A stretch of 64,000 nucleotides of DNA from an uncultured Desulfosarcina sp. GTDB lineage: Bacteria; Desulfobacterota; Desulfobacteria; Desulfobacterales; Desulfosarcinaceae. The notes below the pieces were generated by a model. The model searched no databases. It worked only from the letters and a program-made list of their open reading frames with translations, and was not told where the DNA came from. The DNA lies in NCBI GenBank assembly GCA_963674945.2, contig CAXXWQ010000004.1:3168001-3232000 (forward strand), read 5' to 3'. The position numbers were made by a program, and so were the translations under genes. Positions 10,230 through 20,508 of this stretch are shown here, piece by piece (within the stretch, counting starts at the first letter, position 1; every line of letters starts with the position of its first letter).

Positions 10230-10802
10230 TCAGTTTTTTACCCTCGCCATATACTGTCCAGTCTCCGTGTTCACCCGGACGACATCTCCGGTGGTGAGGT
10301 ATTCGGGGACCTGCACCGTCACGCCATTGGTCAGCTCGGCGGGCTTGTTGCGGTTTGTCGCCGTCGCACCTTTGATCACCGGTGCCGTGTTCACGATCTC
10401 AATGTCGATGGTTTGGGGCAGTTCGATGCACAAGGGATGTCCGTCCCGTAGCAGGGCCGTGATGTTCTCCAATCCGTCGATCAGCCAGGGAATTAATTCT
10501 TCGATACTCTCCTCGGACAAGGTGTACTGCTCGTAATTCTCGCTGTCCATGAAGGTGAAAAGGTGCTGGTCCCGATAGAGAAAGCTGACCCGACGTTTGT
10601 CCACCACCATTTCCTCCAAAGAATCGTTACCCTTGTATGTCTGCTCCAGTTTCTGGCCCGTAATCAAGGATGCATATCGGACCTTATACAAGGTGTTGGC
10701 GCCTCGGGCGGACGGTGTGTGCACATCGATCTGTTTGACCTGGTAGGGGTGCTCGTCGATATTGATGATATTGCCTTTTTGAAGGTTGCTGGCTTTGGGC
10801 AC
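10230..10802 (-). CDS. efpL: Elongation factor P-like protein EfpL/YeiP
   Basis: GTG start with an AGGAG RBS; MPKASNLQKG, loop TPSARGANTLYK, C-terminal VQVPEYL...TETGQYMAR. Confidence 0.85.
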   Translation of the reverse strand: MPKASNLQKGNIINIDEHPYQVKQIDVHTPSARGANTLYKVRYASLITGQKLEQTYKGNDSLEEMVVDKRRVSFLYRDQHLFTFMDSENYEQYTLSEESIEELIPWLIDGLENITALLRDGHPLCIELPQTIDIEIVNTAPVIKGATATNRNKPAELTNGVTVQVPEYLTTGDVVRVNTETGQYMARVKN

Positions 10803-10941
10803 CTTGGTTCTCCTGTGATTGCTATAATGGTTCCGATAAAAAGCGGGATATACAATTGACGATGGGTGAATGCAACACCATCTTAGATTTTGTTTGGTGT
10901 GAACGCGCTTATGTTCGTTGGGAAGAATCAGGGAGAAAAAG

Positions 10942-11304
10942 ATGGTGAACGACACATCCATATCGGTGGTGGAAACGCTTGCACATGCGGCATTGGACGA
11001 GCGGCAACAGTCATGGCTGTTCAAAAGAATCAAAGACCTGTTTTCGGACGCCATCGATGCCCGATCGCCGAAAAATAGACCTCCCGGTAAGGCGGGATTA
11101 AGGTCCGAAAAGGGTTATTTTCGATTGCTTTACCTGGAGGGTGAATTTCAAGACGCGATTTTATCCCATGGAAACGACGGCAGCCGGACCTATGATTGGC
11201 AACGAATATCCGAGATTTTTGGCCAGCTGAAGGATCTTCCAGAGGTACGATCGGAACTTTCGTTAGGAATCGAAGCGGCGTTACATGAGTTGACGGAACA
11301 ATGA
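10942..11304 (+). CDS. Hypothetical protein
   Basis: GGGAG RBS; fills the gap divergent from efpL. Confidence 0.65.
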   Translation: MVNDTSISVVETLAHAALDERQQSWLFKRIKDLFSDAIDARSPKNRPPGKAGLRSEKGYFRLLYLEGEFQDAILSHGNDGSRTYDWQRISEIFGQLKDLPEVRSELSLGIEAALHELTEQ

Positions 11305-11426
11305 CAGAAAATCCAATCGAAATTACGTTGATTCCGACTCATGAATTCCGGCTTCTGTGAATTTCAACGATCATTGCGCGCCCCTCTTCCAGGAGGTGAT
11401 CAAAGCCGGGCACTCTGTGTCCGGTT

Positions 11427-12221
11427 TTACTTCACAGACCAGGGACCGACTTCATCGGGGGTTTCGGCGGTATCCTTTGTGTCTGTTGAAAGCCTGTCAC
11501 TTTCAGCCCCTTTCGAATCGAGGTTCTCATACTCAAAGAAGACCTCATTTTTCTCTTCGCTGGTGGTGACTTTGATCTGGTCATCCTTTTCCGTAGAAAT
11601 CTGGATCTGGATGGGGCGTTTCCACTGTGGTTCTCCTCCCATACGGATGAATTCTTCGGCGGTTCTCCTTGCCGTATGCTCGGCCACCTCTTTGGTGAAG
11701 GATGATATGGTAAGCTCCCAGGGGAAGAGGACGATCTTCCCATCCAATTCGCCCAGACCCCAGGAAAATCGATCCAGGACCGGCTTTAGCTGAATCGCTA
11801 CGGGAACATCCTTTTCTGCAAGAAGATGACAGTTGGTGATCTTCGTATCGTTGGGAATCGCTTCCAATTTGGTGCCTTCGATATTGCGAATGTAGATACC
11901 GCGCCGGGTACTGACCACGCGGTCGTTATTGCCCAGAACACTCAACATTTCCTGTCGCACTTTTTCGACTGCCATGTTACCGTTGGAATATTCTTGTTGA
12001 AGATTGTCGAAGCGTCTTCTTTGTTGTAACCCCAGTTCCTTTACCATGAGAGAGACTTGGGCGGCCTGCTCGCCGAAAATTTCGTCCAGTGTCGATCGGT
12101 TCGTGGCTCGAATGAGTTGGTCGACTTTCTGTTCCAGACGTTCGAAGTCCTGTTTGGTTGCACAGCCTGCGAAAAATCCAACCATGACAAAAAAAATGAT
12201 CCAGCGATATCGAAAAACCAT
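11427..12221 (-). CDS. Hypothetical lipoprotein with coiled coil and acidic tail
   Basis: Signal peptide with FAGC lipobox; heptad-like segment after the Cys. Confidence 0.72.
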   Translation of the reverse strand: MVFRYRWIIFFVMVGFFAGCATKQDFERLEQKVDQLIRATNRSTLDEIFGEQAAQVSLMVKELGLQQRRRFDNLQQEYSNGNMAVEKVRQEMLSVLGNNDRVVSTRRGIYIRNIEGTKLEAIPNDTKITNCHLLAEKDVPVAIQLKPVLDRFSWGLGELDGKIVLFPWELTISSFTKEVAEHTARRTAEEFIRMGGEPQWKRPIQIQISTEKDDQIKVTTSEEKNEVFFEYENLDSKGAESDRLSTDTKDTAETPDEVGPWSVK

Positions 12222-12513
12222 GCTCTATTTCCTTTTTACTGATTTTGTTAAAAGCAAGAGTACTGTAAATCTCTTATTTATCCAATGCGTATAGCCGGTT
12301 TACAGGGACGTCGAATTCCTCGATCTTCGGTAAAAATAAAATATGAATCAGAGGTTGACACAAAAAGGTGCAAAACCATTTCAACCAACACAATTTCCAG
12401 TTGAAAAGCAAGCTTAAATTGAGTGCTGTCAGAAACGAAGGTTTACGCAGGCGCCATTTGAAAAAAGCCCGATTGGTGGCCTCGTATGGGAAACATGCCT
12501 GCCGTTTTTTATT

Positions 12514-13455
12514 TCAGTGTTTGGACAATATCGGCGTGCTGGTGAAATCGAACGAGTATTTTAAAACGTTTCTGATGTGAACAATCTCATACCTGATAAT
12601 ACCGGAGATACGGGACAGTTCATCCGATAAAAAATGGTTCATGTGCTTGCTGTCTTCAAATTGTGCCCCGAAAAATATCTGCCATTGACCGGTTATCAGG
12701 CTTACATATCGCGCCGTGTCTTTCACCGATAACCTATTGGCTGCATCATAGGCGCTGTCTGGTTTGCACATGATCAGGATTATCGCTCCGGTATTATATC
12801 CCAACGCAGCAGGGTCGACGATACTGACAAACCGGATGACGCCATCATTGATGAGTTTCTCCAAATTTATCTTCGCCGCCGATATGCTGCAGCCAACCGT
12901 TTTGGCCAGTTGTGTTATGGTCTGTCGAGGGTGTTGCTGCATCGCCGTAACGATGGACAGATCAAAGTCGTTGAGTCTGCATTGTGGGCATTTGCGGACA
13001 CTTTCCGTTTGCGGCCTGAAATACCGCCATGAGTCTCTCATCCAGTGATAGAAATGCATCATCTCTATTGTTGCGATATCGCATAGGCCGGTCAGTTCCG
13101 TAGACATGAAATGGGTCAAACTCGCCCGATCTCGAAAGATTGCCCACACCAGAATGTCATAGTGGCCGACTGTCAGGAAGACAACCTTTACTGCCGATAG
13201 CGGCATTAATTGATCTGCAACAATATTCGTCTTTCCGGGAGAGGTGTTGATTCCAATTAATAGTGGGAGCTGGTATCCCAAGAGTTCGGCGTCACTTATG
13301 CAGGCAATGCTCACAATCCGTTCGGCTCTAAGCCGGTTCAGGCGGTAGCGGATGGTGGTCCTTGCTACCGCCAGCTTTTTGGCAAGTGCCTGAACCGGCA
13401 TCCTGGCATCCTCCTCCAGTTCTTCCATGATCATGAGATCAAGCTTGCTAAGCAC
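12514..13455 (-). CDS. Tandem (double) Lrp/AsnC-family transcriptional regulator
   Basis: Two HTH+RAM units beginning LSKLDLMIMEELEEDAR and LNDFDLSIVTAMQQHPR. Confidence 0.88.
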   Translation of the reverse strand: MLSKLDLMIMEELEEDARMPVQALAKKLAVARTTIRYRLNRLRAERIVSIACISDAELLGYQLPLLIGINTSPGKTNIVADQLMPLSAVKVVFLTVGHYDILVWAIFRDRASLTHFMSTELTGLCDIATIEMMHFYHWMRDSWRYFRPQTESVRKCPQCRLNDFDLSIVTAMQQHPRQTITQLAKTVGCSISAAKINLEKLINDGVIRFVSIVDPAALGYNTGAIILIMCKPDSAYDAANRLSVKDTARYVSLITGQWQIFFGAQFEDSKHMNHFLSDELSRISGIIRYEIVHIRNVLKYSFDFTSTPILSKH

Positions 13456-13816
13456 AACGCCCCCTTTTCATGCTGCGGTACGGATTGGGTGAGGAGCAAT
13501 CGAATGTGGAAAGTGTGAAAACCATCCGTGTTGTGAATCGATCCGACTTCTTCTCTGTGAAATATATCCCTTTTTATACGGGAATGCTACTAAAAGAACA
13601 ATATTAATTGGCCACAATTCAATGTAAAGAATAAATATTTCAATTTAACGGCCAATATGTTTATTAATATTTGACGCTTTCATTCAATCGTGATATCGTC
13701 CACGGAGCGGTTCTGCTATGGGCCGAAGAGAGGAAGTCGACGGATTTCCGAAGTTCATCGTTCAATGATTCCCGAGTGGTTCACATGGCCAGGATGAAAG
13801 ACAGAGGAGGAGTAGG

Positions 13817-14884
13817 ATGAACAGAAAAAACAATACGTTGGTCTTGCCTGACCCTACAATGCAGTACCGGGTCGTTCAATGGGGGGCTGGAAATGTCGGC
13901 GCACGCGCCATGCGCGCCATTATCGAGCACCCGAATATGACCCTGGTCGGACTCAAAGAGATCAGTGAAAAGGTGGGGCAGGACGCCGGACAGCTCTGCG
14001 GTCTCGACCCCATCGGCGTCAAGGCCACTGACAGCATCGATGACATCATCGCCCTCAAGCCCGATTGTGTCCTGTACATGCAGCAGGGAACCGACTTCGA
14101 TGATATCTGTAAACTGCTCGCCTCGGGCGCCAATATCGTCACCACGCGCCCGGATTTTCATAGTCCGACGCTTCTCGATTCCGCGCTCCGGGATCGAGTG
14201 GAGACGGCATGTCGACAAGGCGGCACTTCCATTCACAGTACCGGCAGCAGCCCCGGATTCATTACAGAAGCCGTCCCGCTGGTGCTGTTGTCCATCCAGC
14301 GTCGTCTCGATCGCCTGACAATCAACGAGTTTGCAGACGTTTCTTCCCGGGACTCGGCGTATATGCTCTTTGACATTATGGGTTTTGGCAAGGATACCGA
14401 CGAGATTCCCGGCTATATTCTGGACTTTGTACAGGAGTCTTTTGGCCCGTCCCTTTCTCAGGTTGCCGATGCCATCGGCATGCCACTGGACGGCTACGAA
14501 GCGAGCGGAGAGATCGCCGTGGCAAATCAAAAGACCGAGATTGCCGCCGGTATCATAGAGGCAGGTACGATGGCGGCGCAGCGGATCACCGTATCGGGAA
14601 TGAGAAGAGGCGCGCCGCTTCTTCGCATGCGCGTCAATTGGTATGTCACCAAAGATATCGATCCGGTCTGGGAACTGCGCGACAACGGCTGGCACATTCT
14701 TCTCGAAGGAGACACGGCCCTCGACGTAAACATCGGCTTTCCCGTAGCAAAGGAGCAATATGCGGAGTACTCCCCCGGATTGACGGCGCATCGTCCCGTT
14801 AACGTCATTCCCTTTATCTGTGCTGCCGAACCGGGGATTCGTCCCGTTGTCGATCTTCCCCAGATCATCCCGGTGCTCCGGTGA
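13817..14884 (+). CDS. NAD(P)-dependent DapB-like / 2,4-diaminopentanoate dehydrogenase-like (amine dehydrogenase family) protein
   Basis: GGAGGAG RBS; RVVQWGAGNVG Rossmann motif; LLASGANIVTT; TGSSPGF. Confidence 0.8.
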   Translation: MNRKNNTLVLPDPTMQYRVVQWGAGNVGARAMRAIIEHPNMTLVGLKEISEKVGQDAGQLCGLDPIGVKATDSIDDIIALKPDCVLYMQQGTDFDDICKLLASGANIVTTRPDFHSPTLLDSALRDRVETACRQGGTSIHSTGSSPGFITEAVPLVLLSIQRRLDRLTINEFADVSSRDSAYMLFDIMGFGKDTDEIPGYILDFVQESFGPSLSQVADAIGMPLDGYEASGEIAVANQKTEIAAGIIEAGTMAAQRITVSGMRRGAPLLRMRVNWYVTKDIDPVWELRDNGWHILLEGDTALDVNIGFPVAKEQYAEYSPGLTAHRPVNVIPFICAAEPGIRPVVDLPQIIPVLR

Positions 14885-14947
14885 GTCGGTGACAGACATT
14901 GTAGCCAAGAGATCTGTTGGATTATCGTTTCAATTGAAGGGGGCTTC

Positions 14948-16981
14948 ATGACTACCCATCCTGTCGAAACCAAACGCACCTATTGCAAAGTCTGCATGGT
15001 TCATTGTGGACTGGTGGCAGAGGTTTCCGGCAATCAGGTTCTCAAGGTGCGAGGTGACCGCGAACACCCGCTCACCGATGGCTACTGCTGCCCGAAAGGG
15101 CTGGCGACCGGCCGGATTCATCACACCCCTGACGCGATCACGCAGCCTTTGATGAGAAAAAATGGCGGGCTGAAACCGGTCAGCTGGGATGAAGCCTTAG
15201 ATGACATCACAGTGAAACTGCGTAGCCTTATCGATACGTATGGTCCGCGCTGCATCGGCATCAATTTTGGCAGTGGATTGGGGCTGGATTCTTCGGGTTA
15301 TGCCATGCTGGAGGCGCTGCACAACGCGCTGGGTAACGGGCCGAAGTTTACACCGATGACCATCGATGGTGTGGCAAAGGTTCTTGTGGCCGGTGCAATG
15401 GGCGCATTTCCCGGTCTCATGCCCAAAACCGACTACGACAACGTGCGCATGCTCATTTACGTCGGCACCAATCCGGTTGTCAGTCATGCGCACAATACCG
15501 GCATGTTCAAGCCTGTTGTCTGGATCAAGGAAGCCGCCAGGCGCGGCGAGGTCTGGACCATCGATCCGCTGTTTACCGAAACCGCCAAACTCTCCACCCG
15601 GCACATCGCAGCTTATCCGGGTGGTGTTTACGCCATTCTTGCCTGGCTCACCCGCGAGATTATCGATGGCGGTCCGCTTACGCCAAGACAGGCCGTCCGT
15701 GGTCTCGATGAATTGCGCGCCGCACTGGAAGGTTACGATCTGGCAACCGCAGCCGAAGTCGCCGGTGTCGATCAGCAGGATATGCTGGACCTGTTGGCCG
15801 CCATCCGCCGCCAGGGCGGCAATGTGGTGGTGGAGACCGGAACCGGAATTACCATGGCGGCCGACTGCAATCTGACCCAATGGTTTGCCTGGTTGCTGAT
15901 GATTCTCACTGGTGCCATGAACAATAAAGGCGGCACCTTTTTTCACCCCAGCTTCCTCTTTCCCTATGAGAGCTTCGAACTTCCGGAGTTGGACCTGTGG
16001 ACTTCCGGCTCCAATGTCCGCCCGGAAGTGCCCGGCGTGATCGGCGATTGGCCCTGTGCAGTCCTGCCGGATGAGATCGAAGCAGGCAACATCCGTGCAC
16101 TGTTAAACTTCGGTGGCAGGCTGCTTCGGACCTGGCCGGATACGAATGCGCTGGAAAGGACCCTCGGCAAACTCGCGTTGCATGTAATGGGCGAGATCGC
16201 CTTCAATGAAACCACCCAATTCGCCACCCACGTGCTACCCACAAAGGATGCCATCGAACGTCCAGAGATAACCCGATGGGATTTTCTCCGATGGAACCTC
16301 TCGATGCAATACTCAGAACCGCTAGTTGCGCCCATGGGAGAGCGCCGCTCTGCCTGGTGGGTAATTTCCCAGATCATGCGCCGCTCCGGCCTCCCCGTGC
16401 CGGAGCATGTACCCATGGACGATCACGAGCCCGGGGCGGACGAGGCGATGCTTGCCAGCCTCATGCAGATGGCGCGCTGCAGTTTCGAGGAGTTAAAAGA
16501 AAAACGCTATGTGGCGCACACCCTGGAGTTTCCCGCTGTCTGGGTCGACAAACATATTGAACGCATCGGTGGTTGGCGTCTGGCGCCACAACGTTTTCTG
16601 GATCAGTGGAAGAAAATACGCGCGGCCGATGCGGCGAAAAGCGGCAAACCAAAACCACTTTGCTTTTCTTCCCGTCGACAGCGTAAAAAATTCAATGCCC
16701 AGCTGGATTTTTTGGGTGAAGAAGCAAATGCGGTTTTGCACCCTTTTGATGCCGACACCCATGGCATCCGCGACGGGCAGGCGGTACGGATCAGCAACGA
16801 ATGTGGAGAAATCGTCCTGACCGCAAGAATTGACCCGGGAATGCGCCCCGGTGTGGTGTCCATCTGTCATGGCCATCTGAACGGGAATGTGAATCGCCTG
16901 ACGAGTAAATCGGTCATTGACGAGATAAGTGGCATGGCGCTTTTTTCCGGCGTACCGATCGAGATTGAGCCGGTGAGTTGA
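14948..16981 (+). CDS. Molybdopterin (bis-MGD) oxidoreductase, cytoplasmic
   Basis: CKVCMVHCG...CCPKG [4Fe-4S] motif; VSWDEAL; C-terminal dinucleotide-binding domain LHPFDA...MRPGVVSICHG; no Tat signal. Confidence 0.88.
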   Translation: MTTHPVETKRTYCKVCMVHCGLVAEVSGNQVLKVRGDREHPLTDGYCCPKGLATGRIHHTPDAITQPLMRKNGGLKPVSWDEALDDITVKLRSLIDTYGPRCIGINFGSGLGLDSSGYAMLEALHNALGNGPKFTPMTIDGVAKVLVAGAMGAFPGLMPKTDYDNVRMLIYVGTNPVVSHAHNTGMFKPVVWIKEAARRGEVWTIDPLFTETAKLSTRHIAAYPGGVYAILAWLTREIIDGGPLTPRQAVRGLDELRAALEGYDLATAAEVAGVDQQDMLDLLAAIRRQGGNVVVETGTGITMAADCNLTQWFAWLLMILTGAMNNKGGTFFHPSFLFPYESFELPELDLWTSGSNVRPEVPGVIGDWPCAVLPDEIEAGNIRALLNFGGRLLRTWPDTNALERTLGKLALHVMGEIAFNETTQFATHVLPTKDAIERPEITRWDFLRWNLSMQYSEPLVAPMGERRSAWWVISQIMRRSGLPVPEHVPMDDHEPGADEAMLASLMQMARCSFEELKEKRYVAHTLEFPAVWVDKHIERIGGWRLAPQRFLDQWKKIRAADAAKSGKPKPLCFSSRRQRKKFNAQLDFLGEEANAVLHPFDADTHGIRDGQAVRISNECGEIVLTARIDPGMRPGVVSICHGHLNGNVNRLTSKSVIDEISGMALFSGVPIEIEPVS

Positions 16982-16997
16982 AAAGTGGTAACCATAA

Positions 16998-17151
16998 TTG
17001 ACGGTTTCGTAAAAAGTCCGATATCGGCGTTACGCTTCATCCCTCGTCGCTGCGGCGTACTCTATGTACGCCTCATTCCTCGGAACTTGCAAGCATTGAT
17101 CTCGAACTTTTTACGAAGCCGTCCGAAATCCTACTTTTTACGAGTTCATCA
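16998..17151 (-). repeat. Palindromic intergenic repeat, type A (inverted copy)
   Basis: TTGACGGTTTCGTAAAAAG...CTTTTTACGAGTTCATCA between convergent stop codons. Confidence 0.9.
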
Positions 17152-17814
17152 TTAAGCGGATGCTTCATGGAGTTTCTCGATGGATCGGTCGGGACCCAGC
17201 AGAACCAGGATATCACTGGGCTTGATGACGAAACCACCGGTGGGAATCATCGTCACCTGATCGGGCACCATCTCCTTTATGGCGACCACCTGAATTCCGT
17301 ACTTGTTGATCAGGTCCAACTCTTTGAGCATTTTTCCGATAAAATAGCTGGGAGGGGCCAGCTCCATGATACTGTACCCCTCCATGAACGGTAGATAATC
17401 GATCACGTTGGGATTGTCCAGACGCCGGGCCGTGGCCAGGGCCAGGTCCTTTTCGGGAAAGAAGATTTCATCGGCGCCTATTTTTTCCAGAATCCGACCA
17501 TGTGCTTCACTCACCGCCTTGGCCAGTATACGCTTAACGCCTTCATCTTTAACGTTCAAGGTTGCGAGAATGGAGTTGTTAAGGTTGGAACCGATGCCGA
17601 TCACGACGGCATCCATGGCCTTCAAATCCAATTCTTTCAGCGCCTGGGGGTCGGTGGCGTCGGCGATGACGGCTCTGCTCACCAGATCCCGTATCTCCTG
17701 CACCTTTTTTTCATCGATATCAATCCCCAGCACTTCATGTCCCTTTTCGAAAAGAGAGGACGCAAGATAGAATCCCAAATTCCCCAATCCGATGACGGCA
17801 AACTGTTTCTTCAT
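17152..17814 (-). CDS. ktrA: Ktr/Trk K+ uptake NAD-binding (RCK) subunit
   Basis: FAVIGLGNLG and LEKIGADEIFFPEKD motifs. Confidence 0.9.
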   Translation of the reverse strand: MKKQFAVIGLGNLGFYLASSLFEKGHEVLGIDIDEKKVQEIRDLVSRAVIADATDPQALKELDLKAMDAVVIGIGSNLNNSILATLNVKDEGVKRILAKAVSEAHGRILEKIGADEIFFPEKDLALATARRLDNPNVIDYLPFMEGYSIMELAPPSYFIGKMLKELDLINKYGIQVVAIKEMVPDQVTMIPTGGFVIKPSDILVLLGPDRSIEKLHEASA

Positions 17815-17818
17815 GGTT

Positions 17819-19216
17819 TCATCCAATCATGACGGTTTCTTCGGCATATTGGAACCGGCGCAAACGGACACGGCTTACCGCCAGGCCGATCACCATTGGA
17901 CCCAACCGGCCGACAAACATCAGCCCGGAGACAATGACCCGACCGGTTGGAGAGAGGGTTCCGGTGGCACCGGTGGAAAGCCCGACGGTACCAAAGGCGC
18001 TTATCGCTTCAAAAAACAATTCCAGAAACTTACCACGGGTTTGAATGTGGGAAAGCCCACCCAATTCACTCATCATCAATGCCATGACGGCAATCGCAAT
18101 CACCGCGATACTGATCATGACGAGGCTGGATGCCTTTTCCGTGGTGGCTTCAGGCAGCGACCTATGAAATATTTGCGGTCGGCCCATGCCTCGGATCCGT
18201 GAAATCCCCATCACCACCAGACAGGCGACCGTCGTCGTCTTTACACCGCCTCCGCAGGAACCGGGACTCGCACCGACGAACATGAGAATCGACAGCATAA
18301 ACAGGGTCTCGTTGGCCATGCCGCCCATCTCCAGTGTGTTGAAACCGGCCGTTCTTGCACTGATGGATTGGAAAAGGGCGGCGAGCAGGCGCCCCGAAAC
18401 GGTCAACGATGATAGGGTGTTGTCCCATTCCATGAATAATATCGCACCAGCGCCAATACAAATGAGCAGTACGCTGGTGGCAAGGGCCAAACGGCTGTGG
18501 AGGCTCAATCGTTTGACATGCTTGCCCTTTTTCCAGAGGCGACGCTTGACATCCACGATCACCACGAAACCGATGCCGCCGATGAAAATGAGCAATCCGA
18601 TGATTCCGTTGACGATCCAGTCTTCCCGAAAGGCAGTGAAACTGTCCGGGTACAGGGAAAATCCGGCGTTGCAAAAGGCGCTGATAGAATGAAACACTGC
18701 TGGGTAGAAGGCGTTGCGCCAACCGGTCAAAGGCGCCGTTCGAAGATAGAGACAAAGGGCGCCCATGGCCTCGATGGAAAATGCGGTGATGAATATCGCC
18801 TTGAGCACGAACGCCGCAGACTGTTTCCCCCCGCCGTAAGTGAAGGTGTCCTTGATAATGGCCTGGCCCGACAGTGAGGGACGCCCGCGCACCATCATGA
18901 GCAACAGCGTCGAAATGGTGAGAATGCCCAAACCGCCCGTTTGGATCAACACCAAGATCACCAGTTGGCCGAACATCGTCAATTGGCGGCCGATGTCCAG
19001 GACGGTAAGCCCGGTCACACAGGTCGCTGAAGTGGACATGAACAGTGCGTCGACGACGCCCACTGCAGCGCCCGTCGATGAAATGGGCAGCATGAGCAGA
19101 ACCGATCCAATGGTAATGAGAGCCGCGAACCCAATAATGGAGGAGCGTGCGGGGGATCTGAGCAAATAGAACGAAGCGCGGGATCGGAATGTTCGTTTCA
19201 CCGATGATGAAGTCAT
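17819..19216 (-). CDS. ktrB: Ktr/Trk K+ uptake membrane subunit
   Basis: SATCVTGL, SAFCNAGF, RTAGF and SAFGTVGLS pore motifs. Confidence 0.92.
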   Translation of the reverse strand: MTSSSVKRTFRSRASFYLLRSPARSSIIGFAALITIGSVLLMLPISSTGAAVGVVDALFMSTSATCVTGLTVLDIGRQLTMFGQLVILVLIQTGGLGILTISTLLLMMVRGRPSLSGQAIIKDTFTYGGGKQSAAFVLKAIFITAFSIEAMGALCLYLRTAPLTGWRNAFYPAVFHSISAFCNAGFSLYPDSFTAFREDWIVNGIIGLLIFIGGIGFVVIVDVKRRLWKKGKHVKRLSLHSRLALATSVLLICIGAGAILFMEWDNTLSSLTVSGRLLAALFQSISARTAGFNTLEMGGMANETLFMLSILMFVGASPGSCGGGVKTTTVACLVVMGISRIRGMGRPQIFHRSLPEATTEKASSLVMISIAVIAIAVMALMMSELGGLSHIQTRGKFLELFFEAISAFGTVGLSTGATGTLSPTGRVIVSGLMFVGRLGPMVIGLAVSRVRLRRFQYAEETVMIG

Positions 19217-19255
19217 GGTTTTCGGCCGTTTCAGGCGGATATGGATATCATCTTT

Positions 19256-19282
19256 GATATCGTACTTTTTACGAAGCCGTCA
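19256..19282 (+). repeat. Right-end fragment of the type A repeat
   Basis: GATATCGTACTTTTTACGAAGCCGTCA, 3 nt from the oleA stop. Confidence 0.75.
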
Positions 19283-19285
19283 TCT

Positions 19286-20338
19286 TTACCAGGTGACGCT
19301 CATCATGGAACAATTCAAACCGCTGCCGATCCCCATGAGGCCGACGTGATCACCGGGTCCGATCCGACCGGTCTCGGCGGCCTGGCACAAGGTGATGGGC
19401 AAGGCCGCCGGGCCGATGTTCCCCAGTGTGGGAAAATTAAGATGGTGCTTTTCTGCGGAAAGGCCCAACTTCTCGTTGAGCACGTCCATGTTTCGCTGGC
19501 TCACCTGGTGGGGAATGTAAGCATCGATCTCGGCGTCGTTCCAATGGGGCAGGACGCTATGGGCCAGGTCCCAGGTCGTTTTCGCCAGTTCCACACCGAA
19601 GATCATCACCTTGGATGCATCGGCGATCATGTGGTCCCGTTGTCCCAGACAGAGGCGGCAGTGCTGGGTGGCGGCGCAGGTGACCGATCCGTTGATCCTA
19701 TGGCTTTTCGAGGAAAGATCCTTTCTGCACAGAATCATGGCAACGGCCCCCGATCCCAGGGTGAGGGTGGCGAACTGGTCCCGAAATTCGGCAGGGCCGG
19801 CTTCGGGCCGAATCAATCGTGCAATGGTCGCCTCCACCACCTCACGGGAATTTTCGCCGGCCACGATGAGACCGTAATCGATGAATCCGGCGTCGATCAT
19901 CATGCCCATGCTGCCCATGGCGTTAACGAACCCCAGGCATGCGTTTCCGATATCGTAATTGAGGCAGTGGCCGGCCAATGCCAGATTGCCGTGTACCAGG
20001 CTGGCCACGGACGGCTCGATATAGTCCTTGGAGACAGACGTGCTGATCAGGCAACCGATGCGGTCCTTTGGAATGCCGGAGGTCGCCAACACTTTTTCCG
20101 CCGCCATTGTGGCGACGTCGCTGGCCTGCTGGCCCGCATCCCAAAATCGCCGTTCCCGGATACCGGTAAGTCCTTCGATGACTCCCGGCTTCATCTTCAT
20201 CCGTGCCAGGGCAACGGCGATCTGGCGCTCGATTTGCGCCGAGGTGATCACCGTTGTCGGCAGTACATATGCCACCGCCTCGATGGCCACGTTTGCAAAG
20301 TACATCGGTTTCATGGTGGTCCGTTCTTTTCTCGCCAT
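19286..20338 (-). CDS. oleA: OleA-type acyl-CoA condensing enzyme (FabH/thiolase superfamily)
   Basis: STSVSKDYIEPS (Glu), IGNACLG (Cys), PHQVS (His), FATLTLGSGA, GIGSGLNC; alternative start at 20314. Confidence 0.85.
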   Translation of the reverse strand: MARKERTTMKPMYFANVAIEAVAYVLPTTVITSAQIERQIAVALARMKMKPGVIEGLTGIRERRFWDAGQQASDVATMAAEKVLATSGIPKDRIGCLISTSVSKDYIEPSVASLVHGNLALAGHCLNYDIGNACLGFVNAMGSMGMMIDAGFIDYGLIVAGENSREVVEATIARLIRPEAGPAEFRDQFATLTLGSGAVAMILCRKDLSSKSHRINGSVTCAATQHCRLCLGQRDHMIADASKVMIFGVELAKTTWDLAHSVLPHWNDAEIDAYIPHQVSQRNMDVLNEKLGLSAEKHHLNFPTLGNIGPAALPITLCQAAETGRIGPGDHVGLMGIGSGLNCSMMSVTW

Positions 20339-20508
20339 TCGTTTCGTTCACATCTCCTGTAACGAACAGCAGACATAAGAACATATTTCGGGAAGCGTTT
20401 CAACCATCGGGAGGGTTGTTGCAAGGAAAACTGCAGCTTGGTTCTACTGGCCATATAAGACATCCACCCGTTTCAATACTATCGGCGGTAACCGGTGCGG
20501 CTGCCTAT

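Noticed and set aside
10803..11054. N-terminal extension of the EF-P-like ORF, and similar extensions on the livK, livF-like, livH-like and ptsH ORFs
   Set aside because: Downstream starts match family N-termini, often with an RBS; the extensions overlap other genes or intergenic DNA.
12290..12510. Possible riboswitch or sRNA in the intergenic region
   Set aside because: I could not match a conserved aptamer core by eye; an Rfam scan would be needed.
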